Positions 37,620 through 49,550 of a stretch of DNA of 64,000 nt are shown piece after piece. Within the stretch, counting starts at the first letter, position 1; each line of letters begins with the position of its first letter. This stretch comes from Podarcis erhardii (Eukaryota). The position numbers and the translations under genes were made by a program. The DNA lies in the NCBI GenBank assembly GCA_964252035.1, contig OZ176207.1, one strand, 5' to 3'. Under the pieces are notes generated by a model. The model was given only the letters and a program-made list of their open reading frames with translations. It ran no database searches and was not told the DNA's origin.

Positions 37620-39319
37620 CTCAGCAGCAGCCAATACTGCATTTTTATGCAGCTTCTTAAACCACTCACAAGGTTCCCAGGCTGAAAATCTTCCACCCTC
37701 AGCTGCTTTTACCACAGTTACTGAGAGGATGCTGGTATTTGTAAAAGCAACTTCTACCCTTTTTTTCTTTTGATGGGTGGGTGATTTTCTGTGGAAAAGC
37801 GGTGCAAAAGTAGTTGCCCAGGTCCCCCTTTCTTTATTATTTATTTCATTTCCTCACAAGGTGATTTACAACTTTAAAAGTTAAACAAAACAATTGTTTT
37901 AAACGGATAAATTTGTATTGGGGAGAGGCAGCAATCAAATCAATAAAAAACTTGGTGGAATACAAAACAAAATGTCTGTAGGGACCACTTAAAGGCCACA
38001 AGCAAGCTTCATTTTGTAAAGCAGAAAAAAGAAAGGTTTTGAAAAGAAACATGGAACTCATCATAACACATTGGTCAGTCCTCAAAATGCATGGAATGAA
38101 AGGGCTGTGATGCAGGTCATCTTCAATCCACAAACAAGGCATATGAATGCAGTGGACCTTATAGGAAGAACTTATTCCCTACCTTGATAGCGGCAACACT
38201 GTTCAGCTAGCTTCCAAAAGGCTGTTGCTTGTTTCTTCCCATATTTTAGAGTAAACATGGCTGCTACTGCAAATTTCCCATGTGTTTTATGATTGCTAGT
38301 TCCATATCCTTTCTGGAGTCAGTACATCTTGCTTTGCCCGTGTTTTGGCTTTGATAATGTACAGCAAAGAGTTCCCTTACATTCCGTGTAATTGCACAAT
38401 GGTGACATGAGGCTCCCTGGTCTGCTTCTATCTCCCTTCTGTGGAACTCTAAGCAGCCATTACTTGGTACACAGCTGATCTTCTGTGTGGATATCTCCCA
38501 GTCTGTTTCACCCAATTTCTATGTGCAACTTCCTTCCTCCCTGTGCCCACCCCTCCAATCTTCCCTAGGAAATTCTTGTTAATTTCTGTTCATACCAAAT
38601 GGGAAATCTTACCAGGTATCAATGCAGCAAGAGATCCCTTTACAGTGTAGAAAATGTAGAATTTCACTTTTAAAATGGAGTTGCAATAATTAGCTCTCTG
38701 CAGTCTTAATATTGTTTTAAATGAGATATCCTTTTAACACTAGGGGTTATTATTCCACTGAATCATTTTGGGCCTGATTCATAAGAATAAGTCAGTCCTG
38801 CTTCTGAAGTTCATTAATCTTCTTTTTTGGGGGGGTGGGGGTCTCATGTTAAAGTTGAAAGAACCTTAGAAGGAAGCAAGGGGAGATAGTTTTTTAAAGG
38901 AAAGGAAAGTATACCAAAATATAAGCAAAATAAGTTTGAGGAGAACAGTTATAAGTAAAGTAACTGTAACAGTAATAGGTAAAGTGACAGCTACAAAAAG
39001 AAAGTGATTTTAATACAATAGAGTCTCAGCAGTCATGCAGTGTTCTAAACACTCACCATGTATTTATATAAGAATATATCATGTCTTTGTAGGACATATC
39101 ATTTAATACTAAGTTCATGAAAAGTTGGGATCACAAGTGATTGCAAAGCCTATTTCTTGTACCAAAGAATTTGCTATCTCTCTCACAACATTAATACATA
39201 TTTTGGAAATTTGCTATTAATAACATATATATATTGAGAACTATGATCATATGTGGTAATAGCTGCAAGCCTTCTTTGTGCTAAATTTTGGAAGGTCGTG
39301 GAGAATAATATTCTGCTGC

Positions 39320-39459
39320 CTATTTGTTTATGAGTACAACTTGGAAGTGCTGGTTTTGACTTATAAAGCACCAAAACACACCTTTCTCCATATAATCCTG
39401 CAGGAGAACCGACATCTTCCACAGAGGCCCTTCTTGCTGTTCCTTCAGGAATGTATAAG
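39320..39459 (+). mobile_element. L2 3' region, left part (split by the CR1)
   Basis: AAGTGCTGGTTTTGACTTATAAAGC...CAGAGGCCCTTCTTG, an L2-type 3' ORF2 segment. Confidence 0.55.
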
Positions 39460-40592
39460 GTCCTAAAACATAATTAATTAGCCAGTCTGAGCACTTAGAA
39501 AAGGATGCTGTGGTTGCTAAGACCCAGCATGGGTTTCTCAAAAGCAGGTCATGCTTGACAAATCTATTTTTTTATATAGAGAGCTACAAGCTTGGTAGAT
39601 CAGGGGAATGATGTGGACATAGTATATCTTTATTTCAGTAAGGCTTTTAACAAATTCTCCCTTGATATTCTTGTGGAGAAACTGGTAAAATATGGACTGA
39701 ATTACCGTAGTTAGATGGATTTGTGGGTGGTTGACTGACCGAACCTGAAGAATACCCATTAATGGTTCCTCATTAATGGTCAATGGGGTGCTGCAGTGTC
39801 CTATTCTGGGCCCAGCATTGTTCAATGTCTTAAATGACTTGGGTGAAGGAACTGAGGGGATTCTAATCAAATCTGCAGATGACACCAAACTCAGAGGGGT
39901 AGCTAATGCTGCAGAAGATAACATTGGGATTCAAGATGACTGTAACGGATTGGAGAACTGGACCAAAAGTAACAAAATGAATTTCAATAGGGACATATAT
40001 AAGGTGCTACACTCGGGTAAGAAGAACCAGCTGCACCAATAAAAAATGGGACACACATACACACACAGTTCTCTCCATAGCAACTTGCAAATCTGAAAGC
40101 TGCTTCTTGGCCCACCTTCTCTGCTGGGTGTGCTTTGCTCTTTTCAAAGGGCTGCTCTGGTGTTTCCCTCCTGGAATTGGCTGAGCTCCCTGTTTTGGCT
40201 TTGGGGGTCAATGGGAGGCTCAGGGCTGCAGGGGAGGGTGCCTAGGAAGGAGAGAAGTCCAGATAGTAAAAAATAGTTGACAAGCTAAGAGCCTCAGTGG
40301 CACCCTCTGGAGTTATCACCAGGGGTAAAGGTTCTGGCTAAATGCTCTTAGTTTTGCCCGTCACATGGAAGATGGAGCAAGCTTGTTTTCTCTTTCTCCA
40401 GAGCGTAGGACTGAACCAATGGCTTCAAGGTACAAGAAAGAAGATTCTGACTAAACATCAGGAAGAACTTTCTGACAGTAACAGCTATTCAACAGTGGAC
40501 TAGACTTGCAAGGTGGTGGACTCTCCTTCCTTGGATATTGGGCTAGATGACCCCCTGGATCCCTTCCAACTCTACAGTTCTATGATTCTATG
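39460..40592 (+). mobile_element. 5'-truncated CR1 LINE (RT pseudo-ORF plus 3' UTR and tail) with an internal deletion and an unrelated insert
   Basis: Remnant peptide HLEKDAVVAKTQHGFLKSRSCLTNL...DQGNDVDIVYLYFSKAFN, then NGVLQCPILGPALFNVLNDL...IKSADDTKLRG (ORF 39776-40042; CR1 GVPQGSVLGP / FADDTKL motifs). Ends in TTCTATGATTCTATGA, the CR1 octamer tail. Confidence 0.9.
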
Positions 40593-40594
40593 AC

Positions 40595-40725
40595 AATGCA
40601 TGAAAAGGCCTTTTCTGTGGTAGCTCCCTTGCCTCTGGAATTCCCTCTTCCAGGAGATCTGCTTGGCTTCTTCACTGCCTATGTTTAGGAGGGCAGTTAA
40701 AACTTTTCAGTTTCTTCAGACATGT
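40595..40725 (+). mobile_element. L2 3' region, right part (continuation after the CR1)
   Basis: GGCCTTTTCTGTGGTAGCTCCC...TGGAATTCCCTC...GGCTTCTTCACTG continues the L2 segment from 39450. Confidence 0.55.
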
Positions 40726-41567
40726 AAGCCCCTCTAGATATGTTGGCTGCTGTGAGTTTTGTTGTTATTGATTTTTCATGTTTCCCCCCTTTTAGTGTAC
40801 TAAAATCTGCATAATGGTCCTGTATGTTAGAAACCAAGGAAGTCAGAAACAGAGCAGGTATATATAATTGTTTGGAACAAAAAAGCACAGGAACAAATGT
40901 ATTTAGCTGATACTTTATAATGATGAAAGATGTATGTATTTATTCATTATTTTCTTTGGAAAAAGAATATTTAAATTTTATCAAAATTGCATTACTCATA
41001 AATTCAATTTTATAAAGAATGGGCTGGTTAAAAAAAAATCATGCTTTTGGTGTTTAAAACAAAGACCAGAATATCCCTTAAAGTTTCAACAAAATGAAGC
41101 AGTTGCATTTGAAGCTCCAGCTGCTTGATGTTGATCGGTGCTCCTCACAGAACATGAATCATTTTCCTTGAAACTGTTTTCTTGTGCCCCTTTAAGGACA
41201 GTAGACTTGAGAAAAAGAGTGATTTGGTGGGTGGAGTGTTCTTGGAAGGGCTGGGGACATGGAAAGAATGCTCAGGACTTGATTCTTCAGGGAGCCAAGC
41301 CATATGCCTGGAGGTTTCCCCCCTCCCTCCCTTCCTGGCTGAGCACTTCAGGAGGGGAGGGGAGGCTGGTCCTTCGCCTCAGATCATGCCCTGAGGAGCT
41401 GTAATCCAGCAGGCAGGAAATATTTCAAGACAGCCCTTTCCCCTAAAGGAACCCAAAGGAAAAGAACTGCCAAGGGGTGAGGGTGATGTGGGATAAAGGA
41501 GAGACAAAGGGGTGGTAATGAAGGACTTTCCTGAGGTCCAAAATTCTGTCAAGGGGGGGGGTCTGTG

Positions 41568-41570
<3 letters not shown>

Positions 41571-41612
<42 letters not shown>
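41571..41612. repeat. (TG)21 microsatellite
   Basis: Direct reading. Confidence 0.98.
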
Positions 41613-41613
<1 letters not shown>

Positions 41614-41801
41614 TATGCATTATGTTTAGACACATTTGCACATGTTAACATGTGTATATTAGGATTTGTCATGTGAAATTATGAGATAACGTAGAAGTTA
41701 TATTGGTAAAGTTACATCTGAAGTTTTGTAATTTCTGTAATGTGATGTTCCTCTTTGACATTTTGTTTAAAGCTCTCCATGGCCTCTCCTACCTCTATGA
41801 T

Positions 41802-42131
41802 CGTGGGTAGGCAAACTAAGGCCTGGGGGCCGGATCCGGCCCAATCGCCTTCTAAACTAAGGCCCACGGACGGTCCAGGAATCAGCGTGTTTTTATATGA
41901 GTAGAATGCGTCCTTTTGTTTAAAATGCATCTCTGGGTTATTTGTGGGGCCCGCCTGGTGTTTTTACATGAGTAGAATGTGTGCTTTTATTTAAAACACA
42001 TCTCTGGGTTATTTGTGGGATAGAAATTCGTTCCTTTTTAATTCAAATTATAGTCTGGCTCCCCACAAGGTCTGAGGGACAGTGGACCCCACCCCCACCC
42101 CCACCCCGCTTAAAAAGTTTGCTGACCCCTG
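41802..42131. mobile_element. hAT-like non-autonomous element, 330 bp, with internal tandem repeat (period 71)
   Basis: TIRs (C)GTGGGTAGGCAAACT / AGTTTGCTGACCCCTG. TSD TCTATGAT / TCTAAGAT (7/8). Repeat units at 41887-41948 and 41958-42019. Confidence 0.8.
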
Positions 42132-44881
42132 TCTAAGATCATTTCTTCTCATACATTGCTTTCTGTGCCTTTCCCTTCTCTAGCTCTGGCATCCTGCACT
42201 GTCTCCCTCAAACATATCTGCTTTATCTACCTTGCTGCCCTTTGTTCTTCAAAACACCTCACGGAACACAACTTCACATCCTTCAAATCACTCCTTAAAG
42301 CCTATGTTTTGCATGGAGTCTTTGGCACAACATCCCTAGACCTCATGTACTGCCACAACGAAGAATGGAGTTCAACATTGTGCTATTACAAGCATTGCGA
42401 CTTGCCAGATGAAACGACCCCCCCCCCATCTTTTCTGTTGTTTTCTTGTTGTTCTGGGGATTCTCCCAAGTCCATTTTAGTGGGTGCAAAGGGCATGCGG
42501 GGGGGGGAGGGGAGGAGAATCCTGCCCTAAGTGTGTGATCAAGCCTAAGTTTGTGTAAAGGAAGCAACTAACATTTGTCCCTTTGCATTCTGTGAAGCAT
42601 CATGCACATTGATGATGCTATATGGAAATAAGGAAATAAGCATTTGACCTAAGAGGAAAAGACTGGTGAGGTTTATTTTATCACGAACCCACTAATTCCA
42701 ATGGGACTTGCGCAGTGATATAGAGAAGGTATTGCCCTAATGAATGTAGCCTACTTACTATAAAATATTTTCTCTAGAAGACAGAACACGGGACAGCTGA
42801 AGTCAAATCTGACTTCTATGCTTCTTTCCATATTGGTAGGCTGCTCCTTGTGTGGTAGCCCATTTAATTTTTAATCTTTTTGGATCATGGAGCAGTTTGA
42901 AGATCCTGACAGGAATCGGGCATAGCCTGTGGACAGCCTCTGAGTAATAAAGAAGAGGACACAACCTGTCCACTGTTCAGCTTGCACTTAAAAGCCTTGT
43001 TGGAATGGGCAAGGATCCAGGAATGCTATTGGTTGTTTTCTCAGAGTTAGATGGTTGCTGTCTGGCATTGATAGTGAGATGGTGTTGTTATCGGTTTCGA
43101 AATGCAGGAAAAGGACAAATCCTCTTCTGTTTCCTGTGGATAAGCATAAAGTTCACAATCTAGTGAAATCTTGTTACTTTAAAGAAAGCAGACTTGGAGT
43201 GTTTTTCTGTAAGCCAATTGTGGCTTTTGTGTTGTATGATAAATAATTTCCCTTTTAGAGGCTGTAGGTATTAAGGAGTTGTGAATTTATTTATTTATCG
43301 GCACACATTTAATATATGCTTTCTCCAAGGATTATTATTCAGGGTTTTTGTTTTTTAAAAATGTTATTATTCCAATTGACTTGGTATTGCAAGAAATATT
43401 ATTACCTATAATATAAATAAATAAAGGTTTTGTTTAATACTTCAAGTGTCAGGTGTTTTGTTTGCTGGATCAGTGTTTTAAACACTAAAATGAATGGTTT
43501 CGTTAAGAATATGCACTTTTGAGATTAATGGGTAGTTTCTTGCATAGCTCTCATTCACTTCAGTGGATGTGAGCAAGAGAACTTTGTGCTAGTTTGAGCT
43601 CTAAATAACTAGCAACAAATCATTTGTCAGAATAAACGGTTGTATATAAATGGAACTAAAATCAGCATAAAATTATGTTAATTTATAACGATACAAGTAT
43701 TTTGAGTTAACTTATTTTTTATTCTAGCAGTGAAACACTTCTTCTTGGAGTATTTTCTGTCATAAGTGATTTGTAGACATTCTCCATCTAAAAAAGAAAT
43801 TGACACATTGGTTTCTATAGGTTTCAGCCTAAAACCCAGAAATGAAGTAGTATAATAGCTAAGTCGTTTTGGTTACTACTTGGCATATGTTCTTGTTTGT
43901 CTTTTCATTGTTACTCATAAATCTTTCAGCTTTTACCATAATAATTTGTCATTTGTTCCTGTTTCCAGTTTTTTTGCAAGTTGCTTTGTCTATGATCACC
44001 TAAATGTTTGGGCTCTGTTTTACTAAGGAAGTTCCGCCAGTAAAGTTTTTTTGCAAAGAGGAAGAAATGGTGGGCAACCTCTTGAACTTTAGAAGAAGAT
44101 AATACACGGTTCGAATCTAGCTTTTGTGAAGTTCACTCCTTTCACTTAACCCTGGCTGACTCAGTATAAACCTAATACAAACTCACGTGTTATTAGCCAT
44201 GTATTTATTTCGGTGCTGGTTAGTAGCTGCTAAATTATCTGAGTTCAAGTGGGAAACTGCAGCAGAGTAGTAGAGGGTGTCACCAGCTCCCAACAGCGTG
44301 TTTCTGAAGATATTTTTTTCATTGTGTTTTATGCTTTCTTCTTTAACTCTGGTAGCTGAGCACCAAAATTCCTAATAATCCATTAAACTATGTTCTTTTC
44401 AGGACCAAGTTTAATACAAAAGTGAGAAATTTGAATTACTCTGTTTTTATTAAATATTAGGCATGCGGGTGACTCTTAATTTTGAAATAATTTTCTAATA
44501 CTTTTTCCCTGGTTGGCACTTCCAGTTGTTCCCGTAGTATACAAATCATTTTATGGTGGATACAAAAGACACATTAAGTATATTAAAATCTGCATTTTAA
44601 TAAAGATGTCAATGTATAATACGCATCAAGCAACTACAAATGATAAAAGCAATAAAAGGATAATGCGGGAACAGACCGATTTCATGGCTTTTCCTAGTTT
44701 ACCATCCGATTTGAATTAGTATATTATAGAAGATGGGTGCGGGTGCAGAAGGCAGCCTGCCGATGTTGTACAATTGCATGTGCATTTCAGTACATTTCTG
44801 ATCAAATGTATATATTCATGACAAGTACCGTCTGAAGAGGAAGCCCTTAACCGTTTGCTTCTCTTACCTCCCTTTTTCCAG

Positions 44882-47800
44882 ATGGAGTAGACATTGAGGA
44901 TGACCCTTCCTGCTCATGGCCAGCTTCTTCACCTTCAAGCAAAGATCAGACTTCCCCAAGCCATGGAGACGGCTGTGATTTTGGCGAAGAAGAAGGTGTC
45001 CCTGGACTGCCCTACCCCTGCCAGTTTTGTGACAAGTCGTTTAGCCGCCTCAGCTATTTGAAGCACCACGAGCAAAGTCACAGCGACAAGCTCCCTTTCA
45101 AGTGCACGTATTGCAGCCGCCTTTTCAAACACAAGCGGAGCAGAGATCGCCACATCAAGCTCCACACGGGAGATAAGAAATACCACTGCAGCGAGTGCGA
45201 TGCAGCGTTTTCGAGAAGCGATCACCTTAAAATCCACCTAAAGACTCATACCTCTAACAAGCCATATAAGTGTGCCATTTGCCGGCGCGGGTTCCTCTCC
45301 TCTAGTTCGCTTCACGGTCACATGCAAGTTCACGAGAGGAACAAAGATGGTTCCCAGTCTGCCTCCCGGATGGAGGACTGGAAAATGAAGGACACTCAGA
45401 AGTGCAGTCAATGTGAAGAAGGTTTTGATTTCCCTGAAGACCTTCAGAAGCACATAGCAGAATGCCACCCGGAGTGTTCCCCGAATGAAGACAGAGCTGC
45501 TCTTCAGTGCGTTTACTGCCACGAACTCTTTGTAGAGGAAAGTTCCCTTGTAAACCACATGGAGCAGGCTCACAATGGAGCGGAAAAGAAACACATGTGC
45601 AGTATTTGCTCAGAGAACTTCCATAGTGTCGAAGAGCTGTATAGCCACATGGATAGCCACCAGCAGCCCGAATCATGCAACCATAGCAACAGCCCCTCTT
45701 TAGTGACTGTTGGCTACACCTCAGTGTCTAGCACTACACCAGATTCAAACCTCTCAGTGGACAGTTCAACTATGGTTGAAACAGCTCCCCCCATAACAAA
45801 AGGCCGTGGAAGAAAACGGGCAGCCCAACAGGTGACAGATATCACGGGGCCTTCAAGCAAGCAAGCCAAGGTTACCTACAGCTGCATATACTGCAGCAAG
45901 CAATTGTTTTCGAGCCTTGCAGTGCTCCAGATACACCTGAAAACTATGCATTTAGATAAACCCGAACAGGCCCATATTTGCCAGTATTGTTTAGAAGTAT
46001 TACCTTCGCTTTATAATCTGAACGAGCATCTTAAACAAATACACGAAGGCCCAGATCCTGCGCTGATTGTTTCAACCATGCCTGCTATGATCTACCAGTG
46101 CAACTTCTGCTCGGAAGTTTTCAATGACCTCAACACTCTTCAGGAACACATTAGATGTAATCATGGATTTGCAAATCCAGCTGCTAAGGACAGTAATGCA
46201 TTCTTTTGTCCCCATTGTTACATGGGATTTCTTACTGATTCTTCTTTGGAAGAGCATATTAGACAAGTCCATTGTGATCTCAGTAGTTCCCGTTTTGGTT
46301 CTCCTGTGCTGGGAACCCCCAAGGACCCAGTTGTGGAAGTGTATTCTTGTTCTTATTGTACAAATTCCCCAATATTTAATAGTGTTCTTAAACTGAATAA
46401 ACATATAAAGGAAAATCACAAGAACATTCCGTTAGCGCTAAACTACATTCATAATGGAAAGAAATCTAGAGCCATGAGCCCCTTATCTCCAGTGACTATA
46501 GAGCAGGCTTCTTTAAAGATGATGCAAGCGGTTGGTGGTGCCCCTCCACGCCCTACTGGAGAATACATTTGCAATCAGTGTGGTGCTAAGTACACTTCCT
46601 TGGATGGTTTCCAGACTCACTTAAAAACACACCTTGACACTGTCCTACCCAAACTGACTTGTCCTCAGTGCAACAAGGAGTTTCCAAACCAAGAGTCCCT
46701 GCTGAAGCACGTGACCATCCACTTCATGATAACCTCCACTTACTACATCTGTGAAAGTTGTGACAAACAGTTTACTTCAGTGGATGACTTGCAGAAGCAC
46801 TTGCTTGACATGCATACCTTTGTGTTTTTCCGCTGCACTTTGTGCCAAGAGGTGTTTGATTCAAAGGTCTCCATTCAGCTTCACCTGGCCGTGAAGCACA
46901 GCAACGAAAAGAAGGTGTACAGGTGCACCTCTTGCAACTGGGATTTCCGCAACGAGACGGACTTGCAGCTCCATGTCAAACACAACCATCTCGAGAACCA
47001 AGGGAAAGTGCACAAGTGTATCTTTTGTGGAGAGTCCTTTGGTACCGAGGTGGAGCTGCAGTGCCACATCACAACGCACAGCAAAAAGTACAACTGCAAG
47101 TTTTGCAGCAAAGCATTTCATGCCATCATACTGCTGGAGAAACACTTGAGGGAAAAGCACTGCGTCTTTGAAACAAAAACCCCTAATTGTGGAACCAATG
47201 GAGCATCTGAGCCAGTTCAGAAAGAAGAAGTAGAGCTACAGACCTTGCTGACAAATAGCCAGGAGTCACACAATAGCCACGATGGCAGTGAAGAAGACGT
47301 TGATACATCTGAGCCAATGTACGGATGTGATATTTGCGGGGCGGCCTATACAATGGAGTCTCTCCTGCAAAATCACCAGCTGCGAGATCACAACATCCGA
47401 CCCGGGGAAAGTGCCATAATTAAGAAAAAGGCAGAACTGATTAAAGGGAACTACAAGTGCAATGTGTGCTCTCGGACGTTCTTTTCAGAAAACGGACTCC
47501 GTGAACACATGCAGACACATTTGGGTCCAGTGAAACATTATATGTGCCCAATATGCGGCGAGCGATTTCCGTCTCTTCTGACTCTTACAGAACATAAAGT
47601 CACACATAGTAAGAGCCTAGATACAGGGAATTGCAGAATTTGCAAAATGCCTCTTCAGAGCGAGGAAGAATTTTTGGAGCATTGTCAGATGCACCCTGAT
47701 TTGCGAAACTCCTTGACGGGATTCCGTTGTGTGGTATGTATGCAAACAGTGACTTCCACTTTGGAGCTGAAGATCCATGGGACATTTCACATGCAGAAGA

Positions 47801-48237
47801 CGAGCAGCACTTCAGCAGTGCAGGCCACAGGGCGAGTGCAGCATCTCCAGAAACTGTACAAATGTGCTTCTTGCCTGAAGGAATTCCGTTCAAAACAGGA
47901 CTTGGTGAAACTTGACATCAATGGCCTGCCATATGGTCTGTGTGCCGCCTGCGTTAATCTCAGCAAAAGTGGCAGCCCAAGTGTCAACATCCCTTCCAGC
48001 AGTAATAGGCAAGGCATGGGCCAGAATGAGAACTTGAGTTCCGCAGAGAACAAAAGCAAAGCAGGAGGGTTGAAGACTCGCTGTTCAAGTTGCAATGTTA
48101 AATTTGAATCAGAAAGTGAACTTCAAAACCACATCCAGTCAGTCCATAGAGAGCTCATTCCGGACAGCAATAGTACACATCTGAAAACACCACAGGTATC
48201 ACCAATGCCCAGAATCAGTCCATCTCAATCTGAAGAG
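44882..48237 (+). CDS. ZNF521: ZNF521 giant internal coding exon (equivalent of mammalian exon 4), 3,356 nt; by my count 25 C2H2 fingers plus one atypical CxxC-x22-CxxC finger
   Basis: Acceptor CTCCCTTTTTCCAG ends at 44881, with branch-like CTTAAC at 44846-44851. The phase-1 start reads (D)[62 protein letters not shown] and is in frame with the 1067-aa ORF 45058-48261. Donor GAG|GTAATT at 48237/48238. [13 protein letters not shown] and [30 protein letters not shown] match ZNF521 as I recall it, not the paralogue ZNF423. Confidence 0.97.
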
Positions 48238-49499
48238 GTAATTCTCTCTCTCTTTGCTTAAAAACAGACCTTTGCTTTTTTTAAAAAAATGCATAGTATC
48301 ATTTTTTATTTTTTATTTTGCTAGTTATTTGCCAGGATATGCTTAGCCAGAATGTGTGGTGTATCTCCCATAGCCATTAGCTAGCTAGCAATTACTTGCT
48401 TCTTGATAAGCCTTGTGTTTTGGCTTGAATGATGCAGAGTAGGACTAATTCCAGTCTCCCTAGGATATTGTCTTCTTTATCACTGAAGAGAATAATCTTC
48501 ATGCCAGCACAACTGAGAGCTGGAATCTTAGCTGAGGTTCATTTCGAGTTGGAATCCCTAGTTCTGAGTTATGCTTACGGCACAGAGTGTTAATGACACA
48601 AAAGTAAACTACATCAAGCCAATGCGTTGGCATGCAGAGCGCTGTTTTTGAAAATATTTGTGAGCAACAGAGCAGGAGGGCTATTTTTGTAAATTATGTT
48701 GTTGACATTAATTTTCCCCTGTCTTGCTCTACTTTGATTAAAAAGAAACGCCACAGTGTAACACCTACATTTGCTAAAGGGCAAATTAGTCTTTTCATTA
48801 TAATTTAATTTTTATTTCTGTGTGTGCATGTTTGACAGAATATCAAGCCAGGCATCAGATGATTAACATTTCTTGCAGAATAATCTGTAACATAAAATTG
48901 TACAAATGTGAGTGTCCCATGGGGCATTAACAAGATCACACTCTTATTCCAGATTAATTAATTTGCAGTAAATGCTATGGCCTTGTTCTATTATCATAAT
49001 CACTAACACGAATTAGAATTGCCAAAGGGGGCATTCCCAAGCACACTTAAATGTACATTATTTATCCCTTGACTTGCTTTAGTTTCCATTTTGTTTACAC
49101 AAGGGGAAGGAAACATATTGCCCATGGCCTACATCCAGGCACTTTAAGTCTTGTTCCCCTATCCTCCTACCGCACCCATGCATACCTATGCGTCTGAGAG
49201 CCTGATAGATCGTGACTGTGGAGAAACTAAGTATAACGGGGGAGGAAGTTGTGGTAGTCCAAATGTGTCGCAGCCACCCAGTGTCTATGCTTAGTCTACG
49301 TCATTTGATTTTCTTTAAGGAAAAGGGTAGCTTTATTTCTGCTCGTCCAAACCTTATTTCCAGAGCCCCTTATAATCTGTTGATCCTTGATACAGATTAA
49401 TTAGGTGTTCTCAAAGACCTGAGCATGAATTGAGATGCCTCTGAATTACTAGGAGAATGGGACTGTGCTTGTGTCATGCTTGTGCACATCTCATATGTA

Positions 49500-49550
49500 A
49501 GGTAAGGTAAGGTAAAGGTAAAGGATCTTTCGACGGCTTACCTTTACCTG
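49500..49550. mobile_element. 51-bp Sauria-SINE-tail mini-insertion with fold-back
   Basis: (AAGGT)n AAAGGTAAAGG ATCTTTCGACGGC TTACCTTTACCTG, flanked by the 13-bp direct repeat CATCTCATATGTA at 49487-49499 and 49551-49563. Confidence 0.8.

Noticed and set aside
42087-42107. Four-tract G-quadruplex motif on the - strand
   Set aside because: Lies inside a hAT-like element and on the non-transcript strand; C/G runs are frequent throughout this genome window.
1-44881. Upstream ZNF521 coding exons (MSRRKQAKP..., ...HSCDSCLQVFESL...)
   Set aside because: No matching peptide in the ORF track or by manual reading. They probably lie upstream of the window, though a short exon could be missed or fall in the gap.
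44935-48095. Antisense and alternate-frame ORFs of 62-124 aa overlapping the giant exon
   Set aside because: Shadow ORFs expected from the codon structure of a long GC-richer CDS; no recognisable domains.
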